Source of the DNA: a candidate division WOR-3 bacterium
GTDB taxonomy: Bacteria; Hydrothermota; Tepidihabitantia; Tepidihabitantales; Tepidihabitantaceae
DNA: 64,000 nt
Assembly (NCBI GenBank): GCA_965648905.1
Contig: CBFGIT010000001.1
Span: 32,001 to 96,000 of the forward strand
Direction: 5' to 3'
The notes beneath the pieces were generated by a model, which was given only the letters and a program-made list of their open reading frames with translations, did no database searches and was not told the DNA's origin. The translations under genes were made by a program, and so were the position numbers. This document shows positions 18,577-26,376 of this stretch, in pieces (position 1 is the first letter of the stretch; the number at the start of each line of letters is the position of its first letter).

Positions 18577-20388
18577 GTGCGCCCGACCGCGAACCGCCTG
18601 ATTATCCCGCCCATGTCGGCCGAGGAGATGGCGGCGCTCGGCTGGAACCGATGTGATGTAATAATCGTCACCGGTGATGCCTTTGTTGACCACCCGGCAT
18701 TCGGCAGCGCGGTCATTGCCCGTGTGCTTCTCGCCGCCGGATACCGGGTCGGCATCATTGCCCAGCCTGACTGGCGCAAGCCTGATTCGGTCACGCAACT
18801 CGGTCGGCCCCGGCTCTGCTTCGGCGTGACTGCGGGCAACGTCGACTCAATGCTCGCCAATCGCGGCCCATCGTCCGTACCCCGGCGCAAGGACGACTAC
18901 TCGCCTGCTGGCCAGCCTCTCAGACGGCCGGACCGGGCAACCCTGGTCTACTGCAATCTGCTCCGCCAGGCCTACAGAGACGTCCCCCTGGTCATCGGCG
19001 GTATCGAAGCCAGCCTGCGCCGGCTCGCCCATTATGACTACTGGGAAGATGCCGTGCGCCGGTCGATACTGCTCGATGCGCGCGCCGGTATCCTGCTCTA
19101 CGGTATGGCCGAGCGGTCAATGGTCGAGGTCTGCCGGCGCCTGGCCGTTGCCCGGGAAGCCGACCTCACCGGCATCCCTGGTTCGGTCGTTGCTCTGAAG
19201 AACCTGCCGACGAACCTGCGGCACGTGCTGATTCCCTCATATGATGAATGCAGCGCGAACAAGGACCGGTTCAATCAAGCGTTTCAACGCTGGCACCGCG
19301 AGGCCGACAATCCGGCCGGCAGCGCGGTTGTCCAGCCGCACGGTGACCGGCTGGTTGTTCAGCACCCTCCGCCTGCGCCGATGACCGAACGCGAACTGGA
19401 CGCGGTCTACGACCTGCCTTTTACCCGGCAGCCACACCCGAGCTATCATGACCGGATTCCGGCGCTCGAGACGGTCAGGTTCTCAATCACCTCGCACCGG
19501 GGCTGTGTCGGCTCCTGCACATTCTGCTCACTTGCTGCTCATCAGGGCCGCATCATTCAACGCCGCAGTCCTGGCTCGATTGTCCGTGAGGCCGCGGCGA
19601 TTGTGCAGATGCCTGAGTTCAAGGGTCACGTCACCGATGTCGGCGGTCCGACCGCGAACATGTACGCGGCAACCTGCCGACCGATGGCAGCCGGCCGGGT
19701 CTGCCCGGAACGAAGCTGCACCTGGCCCAGACCCTGTCCGAACTTGAGACTCAACCTCAAACAGGAGCTCGCGGTACTTGAGGCGGTGCGGCGCGTGCCC
19801 GGAGTGAAGAAAGTCTCGGTTGGAACTGGTGTCCGTTACGACCTGCTTGCCGACCAGGCCGGAGAAAGCTACCTTGAACAACTGTGCCGCCGGTTCGTGT
19901 CTGGTCAGCTTCGCGTCGCGCCCGAGCACGTCTCGAACCGCGTGCTCGCGGCAATGCGCAAGGCAGACCACGCAAGCTACCAGCGGTTCCGGTCGCAGTT
20001 CAGCCGGCTGAACCAGAAGCTCGGCCAGAAGCAGTACCTGATACCGTACTTCATCTCCGGCCATCCGGGTGCGACCCTCGACGATGCGGTTGAGCTGGCC
20101 GAGTTTCTGGTTCGCATCGAACGGTTCCGTATTCGCCAGGTCCAGCAGTTCACACCCCTGCCGATGACCGCAGCCGCGGCGATGTACCATACCGGCAAAG
20201 ACCCGTTCACTGGTCAGGCGCTGCACGTTGCCGGTGAACGGGAACAACGCCTGCAGCGTCTTCTGCTCCAGTTGCACTCGACCGACGACATCGAACGAGC
20301 AACGCGGGCGCTGCGTGCCTTTGGCCGGCCCGACCTCGCGGCAAGAATCGGTCGGCTGTGGTCAGCCCGCACCCGGCCCCGACATTGA
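18577..20388 (+). CDS. ygiQ: YgiQ (UPF0313) family radical SAM protein
   Basis: IVTGDAFVDHP, GNVDSM, GGIEASLRR.AHYDYW, CxxxCxxC (CVGSCTFC), DVGGPTANMY. Start is GTG 18577 or ATG 18613. Confidence 0.93.
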   Translation: MRPTANRLIIPPMSAEEMAALGWNRCDVIIVTGDAFVDHPAFGSAVIARVLLAAGYRVGIIAQPDWRKPDSVTQLGRPRLCFGVTAGNVDSMLANRGPSSVPRRKDDYSPAGQPLRRPDRATLVYCNLLRQAYRDVPLVIGGIEASLRRLAHYDYWEDAVRRSILLDARAGILLYGMAERSMVEVCRRLAVAREADLTGIPGSVVALKNLPTNLRHVLIPSYDECSANKDRFNQAFQRWHREADNPAGSAVVQPHGDRLVVQHPPPAPMTERELDAVYDLPFTRQPHPSYHDRIPALETVRFSITSHRGCVGSCTFCSLAAHQGRIIQRRSPGSIVREAAAIVQMPEFKGHVTDVGGPTANMYAATCRPMAAGRVCPERSCTWPRPCPNLRLNLKQELAVLEAVRRVPGVKKVSVGTGVRYDLLADQAGESYLEQLCRRFVSGQLRVAPEHVSNRVLAAMRKADHASYQRFRSQFSRLNQKLGQKQYLIPYFISGHPGATLDDAVELAEFLVRIERFRIRQVQQFTPLPMTAAAAMYHTGKDPFTGQALHVAGEREQRLQRLLLQLHSTDDIERATRALRAFGRPDLAARIGRLWSARTRPRH

Positions 20389-20420
20389 CAGGCGACCGGT
20401 TTCCAAGGATATTACTGATT

Positions 20421-21050
20421 ATGAAGTCGCGTCAACTCGTATTCCTTGTTCCGGTCCTGTTGGCCTTTGTCGCCTGCGACGAAATGGTGCCGGACGACGG
20501 CCTCACCGACCTGACCGGCGATCCGTTCAACCTGAACAGCAACATCAACGTCGTAGCGATTACCGGCAATGCCGGCTTGAGCCCCAAGGGTCCGTTCACG
20601 CTCGGCATGACCATCTCATCGAAGAGCTCCAATGTCGAGACCGATGTGCTGCCCGCCGGTCTGCTGCTCAAACGGCGCAAGAGAGATACGCAGCACATGC
20701 TGCTCCTCAAGGCACATACCGTGACAACCGGCACCGGCACCAAGACCGAACTGCTCGGAACGTTCTGCTGCAACAAGAACCGGCCCTCGCCCGACGCCGG
20801 CGATACCTTTGACCTCGGGCCGGTCACCAACAACGCCGGACTGAAACAGATCGTCAATCTCGTGCAGGACAAAGACATCTCCGGGGGCACGGCGATGTGG
20901 CTGGTGCAGCGCGCCGTGTACCTGGTGACCGATTCGACCGGCCTGACTCAGGCCTACATCGATTCACTCGAGGCATTACCTGACGAAAACAGGCAGGCGC
21001 GCCGGTACGACGCGGTCGTCAATTCACCCGGGCGTGCATGTTTTCGTTGA
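20421..21050 (+). CDS. hypothetical lipoprotein
   Basis: Lipobox FVAC; TTGACA at 20385; FCCN motif. Confidence 0.75.
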   Translation: MKSRQLVFLVPVLLAFVACDEMVPDDGLTDLTGDPFNLNSNINVVAITGNAGLSPKGPFTLGMTISSKSSNVETDVLPAGLLLKRRKRDTQHMLLLKAHTVTTGTGTKTELLGTFCCNKNRPSPDAGDTFDLGPVTNNAGLKQIVNLVQDKDISGGTAMWLVQRAVYLVTDSTGLTQAYIDSLEALPDENRQARRYDAVVNSPGRACFR

Positions 21051-21074
21051 CAAGCGCGCCAGGATTCGTAATCT
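21047..21074 (+). promoter_or_regulatory. sigma70-like promoter upstream of the poly-Lys micro-ORF
   Basis: TTGACA-16-TAATCT. Confidence 0.6.
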
Positions 21075-21218
21075 TACCGCGATGGATTCTACGACCCCGA
21101 GCCTGCGGGTCGCATCTGGACCGCTCCTTAGCTCTGACATCACGCACGACAATTGTCCGTTCCGTACGACCGCAGCCGCGAGTGCGGCGCGGTCAAGCTC
21201 TAAACCAAAGGAGGTCTG

Positions 21219-21263
21219 ATGCCTGTAAAGAAGAAGAAGGCCGCGAAGAAAAAGAAGAAGTAG
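21219..21263 (+). CDS. 14-aa lysine-rich micropeptide MPVKKKKAAKKKKK
   Basis: Strong SD AAAGGAGGT (21207-21215), ATG 21219, TAG 21261-63, downstream hairpin. Confidence 0.65.
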   Translation: MPVKKKKAAKKKKK

Positions 21264-21280
21264 GCTGCTCGAAAGCAGAC

Positions 21281-21325
21281 GCCGCTCGCCGGTGTGGCCG
21301 AGGCCACCAAGGCGAGCGGCCGTTT
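21281..21325 (+). terminator. GC-rich hairpin after the micro-ORF
   Basis: GCCGCTCGCC...GTGGCC GA GGCCAC...GGCGAGCGGC followed by CGTTT. Confidence 0.55.
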
Positions 21326-21369
21326 CTACCATGTCCTGCGCTGCGGGCCTTCTGTCCTGATTCGGTTCC

Positions 21370-21813
21370 GTGAGCCGCATCCTCTGTCTCGACTACGGTG
21401 AACGCCGCACCGGTGTGGCCGTGTCCGACGAAACCGGAACGATTGCCCGGGGTCTGTCGACCATAGCCTGCCGGTCCGATACCGAGCTGCTCAATGCAGT
21501 TCAGCAACTCGTCGCCGACTACGCCATTGCCGAGATTGTCCTCGGACTGCCGCTGAGCCTTTCGGGAAAGCCGAGCGCCCGCTCGGAAAAGGTCAAGGCC
21601 TTTGCCGCACGACTCACTCAGTCAACCGGAATCCGAGTGACGCTGGTCGACGAGCGGCTTACGACCGCGATGGCGAATCGGGCACTTTCAGAAACGCAGC
21701 AGCCGGAGCAGAGTCGCGAGAAGCGTCGTGTACGGTCCAGGCCGCGCGGCGATGCCGACCGGGTCGCTGCCACGATCATTCTCGAAGATTATCTGGCCCG
21801 GATGAGAAGCTAG
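21370..21813 (+). CDS. ruvX: YqgF/RuvX family nuclease
   Basis: RILCLDYGERRTGVAVSD, IVLGLP, VDERLTT, D.VAA.IIL. Confidence 0.95.
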   Translation: MSRILCLDYGERRTGVAVSDETGTIARGLSTIACRSDTELLNAVQQLVADYAIAEIVLGLPLSLSGKPSARSEKVKAFAARLTQSTGIRVTLVDERLTTAMANRALSETQQPEQSREKRRVRSRPRGDADRVAATIILEDYLARMRS

Positions 21814-22758
21814 ATGAGATTCGTTCGCCTGGTTCAGTTGGCTGCGTTCCTGCTTGCCTGCCGGACAACCAGTCCGCAACCCGGACCCCGGGTCGAAGTT
21901 CGGGTCCGGGCCGGGATGTCCGCAACTGAACTGGCTGACACCCTGCTCGCCCGCGGGGTCATCAGGAACCGGTTTCGGTTCATGACCCTGGCACGCTTCC
22001 ATTCCTATGAATCGCGCATCGTCTCCGGCCGGTACCACCTGCGCCTGGGAACAGATGAAGCGCGGGTCCTGCGACTGTTGAGCCGGGAAGTGCCGGCACT
22101 GGTGATGGTCACTGTTCCTGAGGGACTCACCTGCCGGCAGGTGGCCGAGCTTCTGTCAGAATGCGGCATCTGTCGTGCCGAGCAGTTCCTGGCCGCCTGC
22201 TTCGACACCGTGCTGCTGCGCGAACTCGGCATTCCGGCAACTTCGGCCGAAGGTTTTCTCTTCCCGGAAACCTACCAGTTAAGCACAACTGAGCCGCCGG
22301 CCGACATCATCCGACGGATGGTGCAGCAGTTCTTTGCCGTACTCAAAGACTCATCCGGCCCAGACCTGCTCGCCGCGGTCACGCTCGCCTCGATTGTCGA
22401 GAAGGAAGCGCGGTTGCCCGAAGAGTTCCCGCGGATTGCCGGCGTGTTTGTCAACCGGCTGAGACGCCACCTGCCTCTGCAATCCTGCGCCACGGTTCAG
22501 TATGTGCTGCCTGAGCGCAAGAACGTGCTCGCAGTTGAGGACACCAGGTACCCCTCACCCTACAACACCTATCTCCACGTCGGACTGCCGCCCGGCCCAA
22601 TCTGCAATCCGGGGCGGCGTGCGCTGGCCGCAGCCAAGAATCCCGAGCGTCACGACTACGTCTTCTTTGTTGCCCGCGGAGACGGCAGTCACGTCTTCTC
22701 CCGCACTGCGGCCGAGCACGACGCCGCCTGTGCCCGTGTGCGCCGCGGTCGCTCTTAG
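21814..22758 (+). CDS. mltG: endolytic transglycosylase
   Basis: EGFLFPETY, TLASIVEKEA, SPYNTY..GLPPGPICNPG. Confidence 0.95.
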   Translation: MRFVRLVQLAAFLLACRTTSPQPGPRVEVRVRAGMSATELADTLLARGVIRNRFRFMTLARFHSYESRIVSGRYHLRLGTDEARVLRLLSREVPALVMVTVPEGLTCRQVAELLSECGICRAEQFLAACFDTVLLRELGIPATSAEGFLFPETYQLSTTEPPADIIRRMVQQFFAVLKDSSGPDLLAAVTLASIVEKEARLPEEFPRIAGVFVNRLRRHLPLQSCATVQYVLPERKNVLAVEDTRYPSPYNTYLHVGLPPGPICNPGRRALAAAKNPERHDYVFFVARGDGSHVFSRTAAEHDAACARVRRGRS

Positions 22759-22812
22759 GTCGTTGTCGACTTCTGGGCTTGACCAACTGCGAGTTGGGCC
22801 TAATATGGAGCA

Positions 22813-24153
22813 GTGAAGACCATCCGCGACGCGGTCCACGGTGACCTTGATTTCACTGACGACGAGCTTCAGGTCATCAACACCGCCTGCTTCCAGCGCC
22901 TGCGCGGCATCAAACAGCTCGGCGCCGCGTATCTTGTCTACCCGAGCGCAACCCATACCCGGTTCGAGCACAGCCTGGGTACGTGCGGTGTCGCCCGACA
23001 GACAATCGCCCATATCCGGCGCAACTGCGGGGCACGGTCGGTGAGCGCGGACGACGAACGGCTCATCGCCATCTACGCCCTGGTCCACGACCTGACCCAC
23101 ATCCCGTTCGGGCATACCATCGAAGACGAACGTCGGGTGTTTCCCCGTCACGACCAGAACACGGCGCGGATTGACTACTTCCTTACCCGGACCGATACCG
23201 GCCGCGCTCTAGCAAAACTCGGCTTGGCACGACCGGTCGAAGAGCTGATGAAACGCAAGCGGCTGGAGAGGGGTGGGCCGACGTTCCACTACGACATTGT
23301 GTCGGGCACAATCTGTGCAGACCTGCTCGACTACCTCGAGCGCGACTCCTACTTCACCGGGCTCTCTCAGAGGTACGATGAGCGGCTCTACAAGTACTTC
23401 GTCATTGAACAGGGCGGTCTGGCAATCAACCTGATTCGTTCCGGATTGTTTCGCACGGACGGACTTTCCGAGACCCTGAACGTACTCCGCATGCGCTACG
23501 TCCTCTCTGAGCGCTGCTACTACCACCCGGCCAAGAACGCCGCCTCGGCCATGGTCTCAAAGGCGCTCGAGCTGTGCGTTGACTCGGGCAAGATGCGGCT
23601 TTCCGAACGCTCGTTCTACGATGTCGGCGACGAAGGGTTCCTGCGCATCCTCCAGGCCGGGCCTGGCCCGGCAAAGTATCTGGTTGATGCCTTTCTTGCC
23701 CGGCGGCTGTACAAGAAAGTCTATCTTGTGTCGCGCCGGAGCATCCCTTCAACCGAGCGGTTCGCTGCTTATCATCTCGACCCGGGCAAGCGGGCCGAAG
23801 CCGAGGCCTGGCTGGCGCGTAAGCTCAAGGTGCCGTTCCGCTCTGTGGTCGTCTACTGCCCCTCCTCCACGATGCAATTGCGCGAGGCGAATGCGCAATT
23901 CAAGCTCGCTCCGGGCGAACCGCCGCGCCGACTTGAAGGCAATCAGGAAATCGAGAACCTCAAGCGCCAGCAGGAGAATCTCTGGAAGTTCTTTGTTTTC
24001 CTCGACCCGGCGCACGCGGACAGATCCGCAACTGCTGGTCAACTGTGTGAAGAGTATTTCGGGCAGGCCAACGAACTGCCTGAGCTGGGCCTGGCTCAAC
24101 CCTGTGGCCCAACCGATCCGTTACGCAAGAACAGAACCGAAACGGAGGTCTAG
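22813..24153 (+). CDS. HD-domain phosphohydrolase (SAMHD1/dNTPase-like)
   Basis: FQRLR.IKQLG, VYPSATHTRFEHSLG, HDLTHIPFGH, ADLLDYLERD; promoter TTGACC-16-TAATAT 6 nt upstream. Confidence 0.9.
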   Translation: MKTIRDAVHGDLDFTDDELQVINTACFQRLRGIKQLGAAYLVYPSATHTRFEHSLGTCGVARQTIAHIRRNCGARSVSADDERLIAIYALVHDLTHIPFGHTIEDERRVFPRHDQNTARIDYFLTRTDTGRALAKLGLARPVEELMKRKRLERGGPTFHYDIVSGTICADLLDYLERDSYFTGLSQRYDERLYKYFVIEQGGLAINLIRSGLFRTDGLSETLNVLRMRYVLSERCYYHPAKNAASAMVSKALELCVDSGKMRLSERSFYDVGDEGFLRILQAGPGPAKYLVDAFLARRLYKKVYLVSRRSIPSTERFAAYHLDPGKRAEAEAWLARKLKVPFRSVVVYCPSSTMQLREANAQFKLAPGEPPRRLEGNQEIENLKRQQENLWKFFVFLDPAHADRSATAGQLCEEYFGQANELPELGLAQPCGPTDPLRKNRTETEV

Positions 24154-24539
24154 TGCACTGTCGAAGTTGTGGTAAAGAGGTCGTTGACACGGCCGAGGTC
24201 TGCGTCGGCTGCGGTAGCAAGCCCAATGCCGGCACCAAGTACTGCCAGAACTGCGGGGTCGAAACCGATCCCAGGGCCGAAGTCTGCGTCAAGTGCGGGG
24301 TCAGACTCGCGACCGCGGCGGCAGTTCAGAAAGAAGGCAAAGACTGGCTCGTGGCCCTGCTGCTTTCCATCTTCCTGGGTAAGCTGGGTGTGGACCGGTT
24401 CTATCTCGGCTACATTGGTCTTGGAATCCTCAAGCTCGTCACCGTGGGCGGCTGCGGCATCTGGTGGCTTGTTGACCTGATTCTCATCGCCTCCCATAAG
24501 CTGAAGGATTCAGACGGGCGAGAACTGGTCAGGAAGTAG
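24153..24539 (+). CDS. zinc-ribbon + TM2 domain protein
   Basis: Four CxxC pairs; 'LLSIFLGKLGVDRFYLG...GIWWLVDLILI'. Confidence 0.92.
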   Translation: MHCRSCGKEVVDTAEVCVGCGSKPNAGTKYCQNCGVETDPRAEVCVKCGVRLATAAAVQKEGKDWLVALLLSIFLGKLGVDRFYLGYIGLGILKLVTVGGCGIWWLVDLILIASHKLKDSDGRELVRK

Positions 24540-24552
24540 CAACCGCCGGAGA

Positions 24553-24885
24553 GTGTCAAGAACGACAAACGGTTCCAGGCCCGGAAGACTTGTTCTCGGC
24601 CTGGTCCTGCTTGCCGTTCTTGCCGCCCTGGCTCTGGTTCCGGTTGAGCTGGTCGAGCGCCTGCCTTCTCTCTGCCTGAACCGCCGCCTGTTCGGATTCT
24701 GCCCAGGCTGCGGTACAGTGCGTGCGCTCTCGCACCTGCTCCACGGCGACGTAGCCGGAGCACTCAGATACAACCTCAACTGCCTGATTGTCGCGCCGCT
24801 CCTGGTCGGACTCGCGGCTTGGCATGTCGTGACTGCCATGAAGCCGCGCGACCCGAGAAGAAAGGCTCAAATACCCGCAGCTTGA
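24553..24885 (+). CDS. DUF2752 family membrane protein
   Basis: 'C...LFGFCPGCG.VRAL..LLHGD...A..YN'. Confidence 0.85.
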   Translation: MSRTTNGSRPGRLVLGLVLLAVLAALALVPVELVERLPSLCLNRRLFGFCPGCGTVRALSHLLHGDVAGALRYNLNCLIVAPLLVGLAAWHVVTAMKPRDPRRKAQIPAA

Positions 24886-25448
24886 GTTCGGCCAGTGCGC
24901 CTTGGTCGCTCGCGCCCGGACATGACCATTGACCGACCGCCATCCGGCTTTGTTTCTGCTCGCGTCATCTGGTCCAAGGTGCAGCGATAGCCCGCGTCAG
25001 CACTGAAACCGAAGCCGCGACGCACGCCAAGACAGCGACCGGTCCAAACAGGCAAGAACCGGCACGCACAACTGCCTGAGCAACTGCTTGGGCAGCGGGC
25101 TCGGCGTTTGCTTCTGCCACCGCGCGCGATGCCGCTGGCGACAACGCCCGAAGTAGCTGTCCGACTTGCACTTGCGGCATCACGCCGCGCACGACCCAGA
25201 AGAGCGCCTGCCCAACTTCACTTCTTTTCATGCTAGCAGTCATGGCGTGGGGGACGGCCTCCCCCCTGTCCACCTCCACGGTAGTATGAAGAAACAGCGG
25301 CAAATCCGGCCCACAGAACCGTATAACACAGTGAAGACACCGGGACACGACCGGAAATGCGCGGGACTGTGCCTTGGTCTGGTGCGTCCAACGCACTGGC
25401 TGTCCCGCAAGTTCCGCACTGACCTGACCCGACTGGAGAAGTAACATC

Positions 25449-25829
25449 GTGAACAACAAAGACAGGCCGTTTCCCTCACCCGCAGCCGAACGCGCGGTGA
25501 ACCGCTATGCCGCAAAGCTTGAACGCGGACTCGCCGACACACGCAGCGACCGGGACCTGGCCGCTCAGACCGGGCGCTATCGCGCCGCCGCCGAACACGC
25601 CGACCTGCGCACCGTGCAACTGCGCCGGGTCCTGTGGGACATGGGCGTGCATTCCACGCTCTACTGCGTCTACCGTGCCTTCACTCTGCACGTCGACAGA
25701 CAGGTCCGCAACTACGAACACGAGACCCTGCGAATCCTGGTCAACCACGCCATCGAGCGCTGGACCCGCCGCGGCTGCGACCCGGTTGTACTGAAGGCAA
25801 TCTGCGTCCGCGTCTTCGCGTTGGGATGA
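25449..25829 (+). CDS. hypothetical protein resembling SIRV2-fold (Adnaviria) major capsid protein
   Basis: SD GGAG before GTG; basic helical 126 aa with VL..G+.....Y..F.L...R and P.VL.AI pattern (by-eye comparison). Confidence 0.55.
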   Translation: MNNKDRPFPSPAAERAVNRYAAKLERGLADTRSDRDLAAQTGRYRAAAEHADLRTVQLRRVLWDMGVHSTLYCVYRAFTLHVDRQVRNYEHETLRILVNHAIERWTRRGCDPVVLKAICVRVFALG

Positions 25830-26323
25830 GTCGAGGCTTCAGTACCGCCGAGCTCGGGTCTGAGACTTGACTGGCCACTGGCGCTTGTTCCTTGGTCATT
25901 CCCCGCATTCTGCCCGTTGACCTGCCTCCTCGCCTCTCGCTCTCTGCCATCTTGACCTTTGATACTTACCCTTTGCCCTTTGACTTATCTCCTCGCCCTT
26001 CCACGCCGGGTTCTCTGCCCAGAGCGGATTCAGGAGCCCCGGCCCAGACCGCAGCCGCAGTGACTGGCGCAGTGCCGGGCGCAGCGACAAGCGAAGCTCA
26101 AGCGGAACCAGCGGCCCCAACTTCTTCTCCGGCCAGCGCACCGATTAGGGCAACCCTGACCGTCTGGGTAGCCATGCAGGGAATGGTCACGCCGGCCCGC
26201 GTGAAGTCGGCGCGCTCGGTTAGAACGTCTGGTGGCGTTCAAACGCAGACGGAAGAGAGGACTCACGTAGCTGAAACTGCCGCCGCGCCCCAGCTTCCTT
26301 CACTCAGTCCGGGCGCTGACGGG

Positions 26324-26349
26324 TCGGGGCGGCCCGAAGGCCGCCCCGA
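26324..26349 (-). terminator. GC hairpin with UUCG tetraloop 3' of the S8 protease gene
   Basis: TCGGGGCGGCC-TTCG-GGCCGCCCCGA on the minus strand; identical copy at 47404-47429; no clear U tract. Confidence 0.6.
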
Positions 26350-26376
26350 ATGAATCGGCGTCCGTGTCGGTTCGAG

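Noticed and set aside
21811..21816. ruvX TAG directly followed by in-frame mltG ATG
   Set aside because: Both are complete known proteins and MltG has its own N-terminal signal.
24890..26340. Prophage or integrated element around the capsid-like ORF
   Set aside because: No integrase, replication gene, att repeats or tRNA target is visible, so only the single ORF is reported.
24965..26353. ORFs 24965-25459(-) and 25892-26353(+) as real genes
   Set aside because: They are low-complexity translations of periodic or heptamer tracts with no RBS or recognisable motif.
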